A DNA stretch of 63,099 nucleotides, filler included, from Octopus bimaculoides (GCF_001194135.2; 5 parts of 4 records of this genome joined end to end with filler, not necessarily neighbours in it), one strand, 5' to 3'. Shown: positions 38,862 through 51,460, counted from the whole stretch's first letter. Notes: generated from the letters alone by a model not told the origin. Numbers and translations are program-made.

Positions 38862-39186
38862 TGTGGGCAGGTTGGTGTGGGCAGATGTGTTGTGGGGAAG
38901 GATCGGAAGTGAGAGAGTAGGCATCTCCTGTTGGAAGTGGGGCTAGTGGGTCCCACCAGAAGTGCTGCGGTGGGCATGCAGCATCAGGAAAGTGCGAGGA
39001 GTCAGTTGGCGGCAGACAGCACATCAGAGCTGACATGTGAGACTGTAGAGTGATGGATTGTGCACATGGATGTGGAATGAACCTTGCAGATTGAAGCATG
39101 TGGATGTTGAAAGTGACCTTTTTTCCGGACCGACAGGTAAGACTAATGTAATTCTCTCTTTGCTTCCGTCTTTTTCTTCCTTTACA
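38862..39186 (+). mobile_element. Putative 3' LTR of the Gypsy element
   Basis: Follows the purine-rich gagaagaggg after integrase; TG start and ...tttaca end; no matching 5' LTR. Confidence 0.45.
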
Positions 39187-39659
39187 TCATATATATAAAG
39201 AAAAATTTGAAAGATTTGGTGGTATTTCTAGCATATGGAGAGACTTTTTAGGCTTAACTTCATGTGCTGGCTGAAAATCACCTAAAAAAGATTCTAGGTC
39301 AATACATTTGACTAAAAATTCCTCAAGGCAGTGCCCCAGCATGGCCACAGTCTAATGATTGAAACAAGTAAAAAGATTTTTTGAAAATAAAAACAAAATG
39401 AAGAATAACCCAAAAATATAACCGAGGGAGGAATTAAACAAGAAACTCCTATCTGAGTCACCTTTTGTAAACACCTAATAACTTATTAACATCTGATTAT
39501 CAAAGTGGAAAAATTATCAGAAAAGCCATTTCTATTCATTTTTTCAAATGTATATATATGTATATACATGTACATGTATATGTGTTGTGTGTGTGTGTGT
39601 GTGTGTATGTGTATTTATTTATATATATAAAAATATGTATATATATATATAAATTAAAT

Positions 39660-39766
39660 TGGAGCCTGGTGTAGCCATCCGGTTGCACCAGTCCTCAGTC
39701 AAATCGTCCAACCCATGCTAGCATGGAAAGCGGACGTTAAACGATGATGATGATGATGATGATGAT
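39660..39766 (+). mobile_element. Short RTE-type 3' tail
   Basis: ccaacccatgctagcatggaaagcggacgttaaacgatgatgat. Confidence 0.85.
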
Positions 39767-39774
39767 ATATATAT

Positions 39775-40101
39775 AAAATATTTTATAATTATATACATAA
39801 TTATAACAAGGGATCAGCTTTATGCCTCACCACACACTGCAGAAATAGATGCTAAAGCTCCTATTACCACATTAAAATCTCCAAGAATAACACACAGTTT
39901 TGATCATGGACTAAATTTATTCAAATATTAATTATAATAAAAGGGTAAAATCAATAATATTTTTACCAGATGGTCAGTGCAGAAATAAAAATCTCATAGG
40001 TAAATTGTACAAAATATCTTATAATTATATACATAATTATAACAAGAAATTGGCTTTACACTTCACCACGCACTACAGAAATAGACACTAAAGCCCCTAT
40101 T
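39775..40101. repeat. About 90-bp diverged direct duplication
   Basis: 39775-39865 versus 40011-40101 (ataattatatacataattataacaag...caccac...cagaaatagac/t). Confidence 0.8.
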
Positions 40102-40653
40102 GTAATTAATATTTGAATAAATTTACTCCATGAACGAAACTGTATTTATTGTGGTCTAAATCTTAACACATTACATGTGGGTATAAAAGAAAGATGTGAA
40201 TTCTACTTGGCAGTATATTTTTACGAGTGTGAATGGATATTGGTCATGTGATGTCGCTGATCGCATGCATGTTTTGAAATACTCATAAATTTATGCTATG
40301 GAATATTGTCGCTGATGAGAGCAGTAAGTAAAATATTTTTACTTTAAGCTTCAAACACGATCTTGTACGCAGTTAACCAAACCTTGTTGATTCATTATTT
40401 TTCTTTTGCTCACCTACAATATAGTGTTTTATGGGTGCCTTTTACATATTACCAGCACTGGCTGCAACTATGATTTCACTAAGCTTGACATATCTTCTCA
40501 AGCACACCAAATTACCATAAGTCTTGCTCACTTGTCATCGCCTCCTTGAAACTCAACATCTGATGATCATATATCCCCACCTCACTCTATGTCTTTCTGG
40601 CTCTACCTCTTCTACAGTTCCCTTTTACAGTTAGAGATTGGTACTTCTTTATG

Positions 40654-42486
40654 TCAGAGGAGAGGTTAGAGATGGGGTTAAATTGGTCTATGTTATTAAC
40701 ATTATTATTACTATTATCATTACTATTTCTAACGTTGTTGTTATTTATTGGGAGGTTTCTAAGTTTAGACGTAAAACTAAAAACTTAGAAACCTCTCAAT
40801 ACTCCCCATATTACAAACCTAACCAATACCTCAAGTACTTAAACATTACTTCCAATCACCACAAATCCACCTTTGATAATATACTTGAGGGTATCTTGAT
40901 TCATATATCTGACCTCTCATCCACTGAAGAAATATTCAATAACCATGCCCCATATTATAATCAAACGCTCACTGCCAACAGCTTCTCCCAACAAATAAAA
41001 TACATCTCTCATACTTGGCTCAAGTAACATATAGCTCAAATGATATCACAATGACACGCCGACCATCAAAATCACAACAAACTACACATACCCTATACTA
41101 GAACCCCGGGAGAACCTAGATTAAGATAACTTTGACCCCACATGCACACATATAACACTAGGTCAAAAGCTAAAACAACTAACAATAATGGGCCATATTA
41201 CCCTCTCTAATTTCTAAAAATATAGATAATACTACCCCTAAGCAACCAAAAAAAGTGGTGGACGCTCTATTCTATGGTATACACCCCACTTTTCACTAAA
41301 CATTAAAAACTTAACTAAATCTATTTTTAATATACTAGACTCCAACTTCCCTCGTCAACGTAAATACTACTCTATCTGTAATAGATCTCCCTTAAAGCTA
41401 TCCTACTGCTCCCCGCCTAACTTTGAGTCTATCATAACAACTTCTAATAAATGAAAACTTTCTCTTTATTATCAAAATTTACACTGTAACAACTCTGAAT
41501 ACATGAGCGCCCAACGTAGACATCACTCCAATATCGAACCCCTTACTTTAGAATACAACGGAAACCTTACCAATCCCACTAACACTAACCAGAATACAAC
41601 TACCACAACTTCCACCGCTATTACAGACAGGATAAATAACAACAAGGATAGAAATAGTAATGATAATAGTAATAATAATGTTAATAACATAGACCCCATC
41701 TCTAACCTCTTCTCTGATAGTATTACCTCCTCCATTCCTGAGAAAAATCCCCACAATGCACTACCATGTAACTGCTGTCCTGGGACCATCTGCCCTCTAC
41801 AAACCCATTGTAGAAGGTCTAATGTAATTTGTAAATGTACCGTCCTCAACACATTACACAATTCTACAACCATATATATAGGATCAACCATAAATTTTTA
41901 ACAGTGATATACTGTGCATCTCAATTCTTTTAGATACGAGAAACACAGTAAATCCACAACACTTGCCAGTCACATACATCATCTCAAAAATAGAAATATT
42001 CTATACATTTTGTCATAGTCCACAATAGATTCAGGGCTTCCATACTAAGGTCAATGTTCAGCCAGTAAGGTATGCCCAAATGAAGCATCCCACATTAAAA
42101 CACAACTCTTCAGTTCTACTAAATAGGCATAATGAGGCCCTTGCTACATGCGACCACTACTTTTTTCATACCTTCAAATTTTACCACAAATCTAAATACA
42201 ACCTAAATAACCACACAGCACATATCCTGAAAACCCCTTACGTAATCTCCAGCAACCCTATTTGACTTTCTATTGGTTCCGTTTTTAATTTCTTAACTCT
42301 CCAATCTATTTTAATTGTTTAATATTACATATATGGACATGCATATGTGTACGTATGTGAATGTATATGTGTGTGTGTGTATGTCTATATATATGTGTGA
42401 GTGTGTGTGTATATGCATGTGTATGTGTGCACGTGTGTGTATATGTATGCACATGTATGCATATATTTATGGGTGTGTGCATGTGT

Positions 42487-42520
<34 letters not shown>

Positions 42521-43620
42521 TCATACATGCATATGGATTTAAGTACACAAGTATGCAGGCCTATATAGTAGTGCACGCATGCCTATATCAATATACTCAT
42601 CTTTCTTTCTCTCTGATTCCTCAACCCACACTATCACATTAGCCAGTACAATAAATACATGTCTATTTATAGAAACTTGACCGTTATATCTTAGTATTCT
42701 TCCCTTCCGTTTTGAGGTTTATTACTCACTTTAGAAACCCCACCCCTATACCTTTTCTGTACCTATCTCTTAGTTCCATTCTAACATATCACCCCACCTC
42801 ACAGCTATTCATTGCATACATACTCATCTCTGCCTATCCCTTCCTACTCCTTTCTCAGCACTCCTCATAATATCTTGACCCCCAACTTACACTCCTTTTT
42901 TCAATTTCTTTCACTATTTTCATTGTTTTCTCATTTTCTCTTCTTGTTTTCATTTTCTCTCCCGCTTTCTTTCCTTCTTTTCTCACCTTTTCCTTTTGAC
43001 CTTTCTCATAATTTAAACATACACATCTCTTCTCCCCACTCTATTCACTTAATACTACCACTACATTCTCAAATTTTCATTCACACCACAAGACCCCTTT
43101 GTATGAACAGCACATGGGATCTACTTCTCCATACTTTCCATCTGTAATAACAGAATATGAACTATTGGAATTTACATACCATGGACATGAAGCATTTCTA
43201 CCACTACTACACATCACTTTCCTTGGATAATGGGACTGCAAATATAACATCTTTATATATTTTTATTTCTACTTTCATTCTCCTATTTCCCTCTATACTC
43301 TTCATTTCCATCCTTTTCCAAAATAACTCCTTATATTGAACTCTAATATTTCCCTCTATTTAACCAGCTCACATCATCTCTGATGAAGTGATACCCCTAA
43401 TATCCCAGAAACAGCTGTAAGACTAACTTTTTCTTTATGAATGTCCTGAAAATTCCACACAGCCTTGGCTTTGTTGTCTCATTTTATTTAACATATACAT
43501 GTTCATACAAGACCTGCATTAGACTCCTCACTCATATCATTATCGAACCGAGAGTTTAACTACAGTCCTTCCATAGCAATTACATAGCATTACCTGCCAC
43601 CTTGCGTCTTTTGGATACCA
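40654..43620 (+). mobile_element. Penelope-like element, 5'-truncated (RT thumb, linker, GIY-YIG, long 3' region with HHR)
   Basis: YYKPNQYLKYLNITSNH, ISDLSSTEEIFNNHAPYYNQ, RSILWYTPHFS, LKLSYCSPPN, CNCCPGTICPLQTHC, TIYIGST, STTLASHI, LLNRHNE; microsatellite inserted at about 42320-42600; 3' boundary approximate. Confidence 0.88.
43373..43422 (+). ncRNA. Minimal hammerhead motif in PLE 3' region
   Basis: tct CTGATGA a gtgata-cccctaa-tatccc a GAAA cagctg TA aga; palindromic stem III ACAGCTGT, GUA triplet, short stem I. Confidence 0.65.
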
Positions 43621-43662
43621 ATAGCTCTCATATATATATATATATACTTAAATATATATATA

Positions 43663-43701
<39 letters not shown>

Positions 43702-43702
43702 T

Positions 43703-43735
<33 letters not shown>

Positions 43736-44694
43736 TTATATATATATATTTATATATATATATATATTTATATATANNNNNNNNNNNNNNNNNNNNNNNN
43801 NNNNNNNNNNNNNNNNNNNNNNNNNNNNNNNNNNNNNNNNNNNNNNNNNNNNNNNNNNNNNNNNNNNNNNNNNNNNNNNNNNNNNNNNNNNNNNNNNNNN
43901 NNNNNNNNNNNNNNNNNNNNNNNNNNNNNNNNNNNNNNNNNNNNNNNNNNNNNNNNNNNNNNNNNNNNNNNNNNNNNNNNNNNNNNNNNNNNNNNNNNNN
44001 NNNNNNNNNNNNNNNNNNNNNNNNNNNNNNNNNNNTATATATATATATATATATACATACATATATATAAGTATATATATATATATATATACTTATATAT
44101 ATAGATATATAAATGTAGATATGAAAATATATGGGATTAAAAATATACTTTTGAATATTCTGCACAATGTTATTATGCTCACAAGGTGTTTATATTCTTA
44201 AAAGATGTAGGTAAATTGAGTAAGTCTGTTGTTGATGAGTGTTTGTCATACATACACATGCATGATCTACCCGACTGACAATTAATTATTTAACAACTCA
44301 ATATTAATCTACTGGAAAGGAGCATAGTATTCTTGCAAGTAATAATTTTATTAATACATTACCAAACCTCTGTTTAAAGTTGTCTTTAAAAGCATTAACC
44401 AGAGATGTTGTGTTGTCAGTTAACGAACTTACCTTGGTATTTGACTACGATTTTTGCTCACAATCACTCTACTTAACCCATTTCTCCATAAAATATTTTT
44501 CAATGTGTTTTAACTGATTTTAATTTGTATTCTGCAGAATAAAAGAAACCTTTTTTTACATGTAATATTTGTTTTATATTATCAGTTTTTTTTTTATACA
44601 AATGGAATACAATCAGACTTGTTTTATTATACTAAAAATGTTCTGTCATTTGGTGAATAATGATTTATTTATTTTGTAATAATTTGTCTTTTAG

Positions 44695-44985
44695 ATAATA
44701 GTGGGAATCTTTATCCAAGTTCTGAAACACCAAATGCCATAAAGGATAAAAAATTTACATTGGAATGCAAAGCTTGTGGTACTTCAACAACTTGGTATAC
44801 TGGAAATGGAACACTTATCGCTAAATACTTTGGAACACAAAACCAAAATAAGCCTAAATATTTTGGTAGCCGCCAAGACAAGAGCTGCACATTGAGTATA
44901 ACCAATGTCAGTTTAGCAGAAGACAACATGAGCATTATTTGCAGTACTGGTTTTCATACAAGCATGTTCAATATTACAGTATTTT
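44695..44985 (+). CDS. Internal exon encoding one immunoglobulin-like domain (IgSF protein)
   Basis: Acceptor aatttgtcttttag|, donor |gtaagt, 291 nt, phase 1-1, open: NSGNLYPSSETPNAIKDKKFTLECKACGTSTTWYTGNG...SCTLSITNVSLAEDNMSIICSTGFHTSMFNITVF, with the Ig pattern TLxC, W, LxIxNV, D, C. Confidence 0.85.
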
Positions 44986-45253
44986 GTAAGTAATTATTTT
45001 TTGCACAGTTAAGCATGTAATTTTTTTCTATTACTCCTTTATTTATTTCAGTCATTGTACTGTGGCCATACTGGGGCACTACCTTGAAAGGCTTAGTCAA
45101 TTAGATGGACCCAATACTTACCGTTTTAATTTAACACATTGTGCTATCTTTCTTTTAGTGAAGTTGCTAGGTAAGTGAGTGGTAAAAAAATCTACACTGG
45201 CTGTAAAGTGGTGAAAATCAAACATAAAGATGCACACACACACATACAGATAA

Positions 45254-45294
<41 letters not shown>

Positions 45295-45500
45295 TTCCTT
45301 TATTCTTTTACTTGTTTCAGTCATTTAACTGTGGCCATGCTGGGGCACCGCCTTTAGTCGAATAAATTGACCACAAGACTTATTCTTTGCAAGCCTAGTA
45401 CTTATTCTATCAATTCCGTTTGCTGAACCACTAAGTTACAGGGACATAAACGGACCAAGATCGGTTGTCAAGTGATGGTGGGGCAACAAACAGAAACACA
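45295..45500 (-). mobile_element. SINE family B 3' half
   Basis: ttttacttgtttcagtcatt...ggccatgctggggcaccgcctttagtcg...gcctagtacttattctatc. Confidence 0.85.
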
Positions 45501-45727
45501 CGACTGCATATATATATGTGTATATATTTTATTAAATGTATCTATTTTCTCCTAGTAATAAATAACTCGGATAAAATAAATTGGTTAATAGATACCAGGG
45601 TAGCAAAGATCACAAAATAACTGTGGTGTAACTCCTGTCTATGAGGTAGAAACTCCTTGATATTTTGGGTATTTGAGTATATATAAATTTAAAGAATGGA
45701 GTAAACGCATATTATAACTGCATACTT

Positions 45728-45820
45728 TTATTCCGACATATGTTTCGAAGAATTACAATTTATGCGATCCATAGGAATCGGCGATGTTAAAAATGTAAAC
45801 TTCTCCTCAGCTATGGGAAC
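45728..45820 (-). ncRNA. Hammerhead-like motif with extended stem II
   Basis: Minus: CTGAGGA gaag...(ttaca/tgtaa, cgat-cc/ggatcg)...cttc GAAA catatg TC ggaat; GUC triplet; stem I needs a bulge. Confidence 0.5.
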
Positions 45821-46738
45821 TAGCTTAAACGTAAGACATTATAACCGAATATGAGAACTATAGTTGGAGAAGGTTATAACGTAATTCATTTGAAAAAACC
45901 GCTGGAGATTAGGGCGCTACCAGATAGNNNNNNNNNNNNNNNNNNNNNNNNNNNNNNNNNNNNNNNNNNNNNNNNNNNNNNNNNNNNNNNNNNNNNNNNN
46001 NNNNNNNNNNNNNNNNNNNNNNNNNNNNNNNNNNNNNNNNNNNNNNNNNNNNNNNNNNNNNNNNNNNNNNNNNNNNNNNNNNNNNNNNNNNNNNNNNNNN
46101 NNNNNNNNNNNNNNNNNNNNNNNNNNNNNNNNNNNNNNNNNNNNNNNNNNNNNNNNNNNNNNNNNNNNNNNNNNNNNNNNNNNNNNNNNNNNNNNNNNNN
46201 NNNNNNNNNNNNNNNNNNNNNNNNNNNNNNNNNNNNNNNNNNNNNNNNNNNNNNNNNNNNNNNNNNNNNNNNNNNNNNNNNNNNNNNNNNNNNNNNNNNN
46301 NNNNNNNNNNNNNNNNNNNNNNNNNNNNNNNNNNNNNNNNNNNNNNNNNNNNNNNNNNNNNNNNNNNNNNNNNNNNNNNNNNNNNNNNNNNNNNNNNNNN
46401 NNNNNNNNNNNNNNNNNNNNNNNNNNNNNNNNNNNNNNNNNNNNNNNNNNNNNNNNNNNNNNNNNNNNNNNNNNNNNNNNNNNNNNNNNNNNNNNNNNNN
46501 NNNNNNNNNNNNNNNNNNNNNNNNNNNNNNNNNNNNNNNNNNNNNNNNNNNNNNNNNNNNNNNNNNNNNNNNNNNNNNNNNNNNNNNNNNNNNNNNNNNN
46601 NNNNNNNNNNNNNNNNNNNNNNNNNNNNNNNNNNNNNNNNNNNNNNNNNNNNNNNNNNNNNNNNNNNNNNNNNNNNNNNNNNNNNNNNNNNNNNNNNNNN
46701 NNNNNNNNNNNNNNNNNNNNNNNNNNNNNNNNNNNNNN

Positions 46739-46779
<41 letters not shown>

Positions 46780-46848
46780 CATACACATACATACATATAC
46801 ATACATAAACACATACATATACACACATGCATACCTAAACGTGCAAAC

Positions 46849-46897
<49 letters not shown>

Positions 46898-47542
46898 CAT
46901 ACATATCCACACATACACATATATGTATATATATAAAAATACATAAACATATCTGTGCACATAAACATACATGCATCCAACCAAGCATATATACATACAT
47001 ATTTATATATATACTTTTTAATAAATAATAACAACAACAACAAAAAAATATATATACAAAAATCTATACAAACACATATGGTTTCATACAAAAATATGAA
47101 TATATACACACACACACACACAGATACACGTGTATATATGAACACTCATACACATACATTCGCACACACATTTTTTTTATGTATGTGTTGTTACATGTAT
47201 TTACATAGAGACTCATACGCAATATTATACACTCCTTAGTACGTATATAAATACTGTCGATGTGTGGTAATTAGTAATAAAGTGGAAGGATATTTATCGG
47301 AAGGTAATTCATATATTAGTGAATGAGATATTAAATGATTGAAAATTAATTAATAAATAAATGAATAATAAAGTTAATGGGTGGTCTATTAATCTACATG
47401 AATTGATTATTTTATTAATATATGTAAGAAAAGTTGGGCTGAAATAGGGGTTAAAAGAGTAAATATTGCTTAAGAAGACAAAGTTAATATTATAAATANN
47501 NNNNNNNNNNNNNNNNNNNNNNNNNNNNNNNNNNNNNNNNNN

Positions 47543-47554
47543 TTAATTAATTAA
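47543..47554. other. Assembly spacer TTAATTAATTAA
   Basis: N-flanked six-frame-stop motif. Confidence 0.9.
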
Positions 47555-47613
47555 NNNNNNNNNNNNNNNNNNNNNNNNNNNNNNNNNNNNNNNNNNNNTA
47601 GCTAGCTAGTAGC

Positions 47614-47702
<89 letters not shown>

Positions 47703-47816
47703 TCTGTCCCATACATTTAGCGAGCGTATGCTTGTGTTCGTTGCATTGAATTGACCTGATCTGACATGAAACATATCTCAGCTGTGAATTCTTAAACCTT
47801 ATCTCTCTCTCTCTCG

Positions 47817-47919
<103 letters not shown>

Positions 47920-48504
47920 GTAAATGCACATACATACAATACATTGATGCATATCCTGAGCTCTGATCCACTGTGGTATTCACTTACATACAAATAGGTG
48001 GAAGCGGTCTTATGATTTAAGTGTATGAAGTACGATTCCGACCTACTACCGCCGACAAAGTATTAATACCGTCGTATAGGCTGACAGGCCTTATCGTTTC
48101 GGTATTTTTGTGACACTCAAGAATGCGCGTACGTGCACAGGCGCATGAGTGTGTGTAAGGGAGAGCGCTGTGTGGTCACGTATGTGTGTGTGAGAGTCAT
48201 AGAGAGGTAGTAACTGCGCTGGCAGGCTGCGATAGCGATGCAGTTTCGATTCTTAGTTGAAGTATTTCACTTATCGTGTCCATGGTTTCCCGGTCAGGAT
48301 AGAATGAGTGTGGAATGAAACTTCTGGTGTGTTCTTATAATACAACTGTTTTGAGAGATAACGAACATATGTATGCATATACGTACGCATGTACGTATCT
48401 ACGTATGTATGTATGTATGTATGTATGTATGTATGTATCTATGCATGCATGTACGTATGTATGTACGTATAAATGTATGTGTGTGTATTATATATATAAA
48501 TCTT

Positions 48505-48880
48505 TTATCTTTATTTGTTTCAGCAATTTGATTGCAGTCATGCTGGGGCACCGCCCTGAAGGGTTTTAGTCGAACAAATCCACGCCAGGACTTTTTTCAA
48601 CCTGGTACTTATTCTATCGTTCTCTTATTGCCGAACTGTCAGATCACGGGAACGTAAACCCATCACTACTGTTTGTATGTGTATATTCATATGTATATAT
48701 GTATGTCTTTTATCTTTTGTTTTACTCTTTAGACTGCGGCACCGCTTGGAATTCCTAGACGAATGAATCAACCCAAATACTTATACTTTAAGCCTAGCAA
48801 TTATTCTATCGGTATCTTTTGTCGAACCGCTAGGTTTCGAGGATGCAAACACACCAACACTGTGGTGGGACAAACACAGA
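48505..48880 (-). mobile_element. Two degenerate SINE family B-like 3' halves
   Basis: gcagtcatgctggggcaccgcc...ttagtcgaacaaatc and cctagcaattattctatcggtatcttttgtcgaaccgctag. Confidence 0.7.
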
Positions 48881-48883
48881 CAG

Positions 48884-48921
<38 letters not shown>

Positions 48922-49227
48922 TGACGAAATTAACAATAGATAACGAATCAATACTTTTTAACAGAATTGTTCATGCTCCACAAACGATGCCAATATCATA
49001 AGAAAAACAAACCAGACTTTCAGGAAAATTCGAATTCCAATGCTTTCTCACATTTCCATTTTTCTTAAAATAACTTCTTGTAACGCTTTTATAATAATGA
49101 ACATTGACTAGACGAAACCTTCGCATAATCTAGATTGGTGACAAAAATTAATGGTATTGACTTTGATGGTCGCGAAAACAAATGTAAATTAATGAAAAGC
49201 AACGTTCGAGGTTAATTGTGCGGAGTA

Positions 49228-49617
49228 TTGTTGTTGTTGTTGGCACTCCGTCGCTTACGACGTCGAGGGTTCCAGTTGATCCGATCAACAGAACAGCCTG
49301 CTCGTGAAATTAACGTGCAAGTGGCTGAGCACTCCACAGACACGTGTACCCTTAACGTAGTTCTCGGGGATATTCAGCGTAACACAGTGTGACAAGGCTG
49401 ACCCTTTGAATTACAGGCTCAACAGAAACAGGAAGTAAGAGTGAGAGAAAGTTGTGGTGAAAGAGTACAGTAGGGTTCGCCACCATCCCCTGCCGGAGCC
49501 TCGTGGAGCTTTAAGTGTTTTCGCTCAATAAACACTCACAACGCCCGGTCTGGGAATCGAAACCGCGATCCTATGACCGCGAGTCCGCTGCCCTAGCCAC
49601 TGGGCCATTGCGCCTCC
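49228..49617 (-). mobile_element. Full-length tRNA-derived SINE (family A variant) with (CAA)n tail
   Basis: Minus: ggaggcgcaatggcccagtggctagggcagcgg (A box) ... ggtttcgattccc (B box) ... gcgacggagtgccaacaacaac. Confidence 0.92.
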
Positions 49618-50167
49618 AGCAAATCATGCTATAATGTTTACTTAATATTTTCTTTTCTTGTGGCAAACGTCCATAAAACATTGAAGGGTATATTCAACTT
49701 AAGAGGGACAACAAAGCAGTGACTGGCAAACATAAAACGGAAACAGAGATTGCTTTATTATGTCTTCAGTACCATTAGCTAAGAAAGAAGAATAAATTAT
49801 CTTCAGAAAAAGTAAAAAGAAACAGATGGTCCATAAAAAGAGCGGTTGCTGCTGCTTCTACTTCGGTATCGTAACTGTATGAATAACAGCAATGTCTATA
49901 AACATAACAACATACTTTGATGTTAGACAAAAGTACTTCGATCTTCCACGGTAGCATCAATGCTGGTTGACACTGCTGGCGATAGTAATACGCCCTGAAA
50001 TCTTTGTGATTTCTGGTCAATAATTGATGAAAGGAGTGTCTCGAAACACTAACCCTAAGTAGAATGTGTGTGGGGGGGGGGGCTTAAATTGCATTAAAAC
50101 CACACGACTCTATTCAAGTTTATCTTCCTTATTAAAGATTTTCGTCTCTCTTTAAAAGTTCATTGTG

Positions 50168-50262
50168 CAGTGAAACTTCGATTTACGAATTTAATTCGTT
50201 CTTGAAGGCAAAATGTCACCCAAAATGTTTGTAAGCCGGATGTATTTTCCCATAGGAAATTC
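50168..50262 (+). mobile_element. Pogo/Tigger-like terminal fragment
   Basis: cagtgaaacttcgatttacgaatttaattcgttc ... ttttcccataggaaat resembles Tigger-type ends (recalled pattern). Confidence 0.4.
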
Positions 50263-50766
50263 AAAAGAGGACACGGCAAATTCGAGCAGGGATGTGCACT
50301 GAGCAAAAGCCAGGCAGCAACTAGCACTTCCTCTGATACTACCAGTTTGTCGTCAACCGCTGTTACCGGCTTGCGTGTTCGTTACTCGTGACACCATGCG
50401 CCACCCGAGATTTTTTGTGCTTTATTCTGTAATTAATATTGCTCCCATGGCTAATCATCTAGTTTTGCGGGGTATTCTATATAAAATGATTAAAACATCC
50501 ATACATGATGGATGTTTTATCTAGTTTGATGTGCTACGTAGAGTAATATGCTGTTATTATTCCATGTTTTAAAAACGCAGGCTCAGCTTACAAATATGTC
50601 AATGTTTAACAGTGTAAGCAAAAATGATTGCAGCTTTAATGTTTGCAGATAAACTTAAAACTTACTGTAAACATCTGAAGTTTGCTCACTTGTGTACGAA
50701 TTTGTAAATCATTTTTAATAAGGAAATATTAATTTTGTTGTTCTTTTCCGTAATATATATAATTAA

Positions 50767-51460
50767 CTAGCTGAATGACCCAGCCTTGCTCAGGTTACTG
50801 CTTTTCTTATTTAGACTAGTAAACAATAAATATAAAGATATATTCTCATAATTATTTCAAAATATCTATATTTTATTTTAAAATATCCAAATTATAATGA
50901 TGATAGTATTTAGAAATGAAGATCTGTCAATCTCGAAGCACTTGAGAATAAACAATATTCATTGTCAATTTTTTCTTGGAAGCAACAATCAATTTATTCA
51001 TTTCAACACCAACTCGCGATCAAGCAACATAGAGTTTGCCATGGGAGAAGAATGTAGGAGAGAGATCAAGTCCAACGACCCTGAGGGATTGACCGTGAGA
51101 TTTGTTCACTGAAATGCCAAAAACTAGTTTGACTGGAAACTGAAGTGTCTTCAATTCAAATGAGGCATGACAGGAATTTTTGAAATAAAGACATTTTCTC
51201 CTTTGTGACTACCTGTAATGAGTGTTGCCTGTAGGACATGGGGCTTCGTGGAAGTAACAATTAAGTGAATTCCATTACACAGGTGAGATGGGTCAAAATT
51301 ACTAAGCAACAGAATGGGAGCACCCAGTTTTAGTGTCAAGTTATGCGGTGGCATCCCGGTGGGTTTAAGTGTGTTCAGAAATTCAACAGGGTATTGAACA
51401 ACCTGATCTTGATCAACAAACCGATTACGATTTCTGTAGCGAGGTAAAGCATACTAACGG
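50767..51460 (-). mobile_element. Helitron 3' end (helicase C-terminus, hairpin, CTAG terminus)
   Basis: MPPHNLTLKLGAPILLLSNFDPSHLCNG, LQFPVKL, VNKSHGQSLRVVGLDL, FSHGKLYVA; minus 3' end cctgagcaaggctgggtcattcagCTAG|t. Confidence 0.92.

Noticed and set aside
40308-40365. CTGATGA gagc...gcttc AAA cacg as a hammerhead
   Set aside because: G12 is missing and no stem I can be formed; at most a heavily decayed relic, so not counted.
8846-47554. Four identical TTAATTAATTAA motifs
   Set aside because: Each sits centrally in a 100-bp N block and gives stops in all six frames; an assembly join marker, not biology.
49540-49617. tRNA genes at A box/B box sequences (also 59264, 61051)
   Set aside because: No complete cloverleaf, and each continues into a repeated SINE body.
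49870-49995. Minus-strand exon candidate (GVLLSPAVSTSIDATVEDRSTFV*)
   Set aside because: Weak acceptor, stop before the donor in the best-looking frame and no supporting context.
50018-50055. TTGATGA...gagtgtctc GAAA motif
   Set aside because: U3 without compensating A8, and no valid cleavage triplet or stem I.
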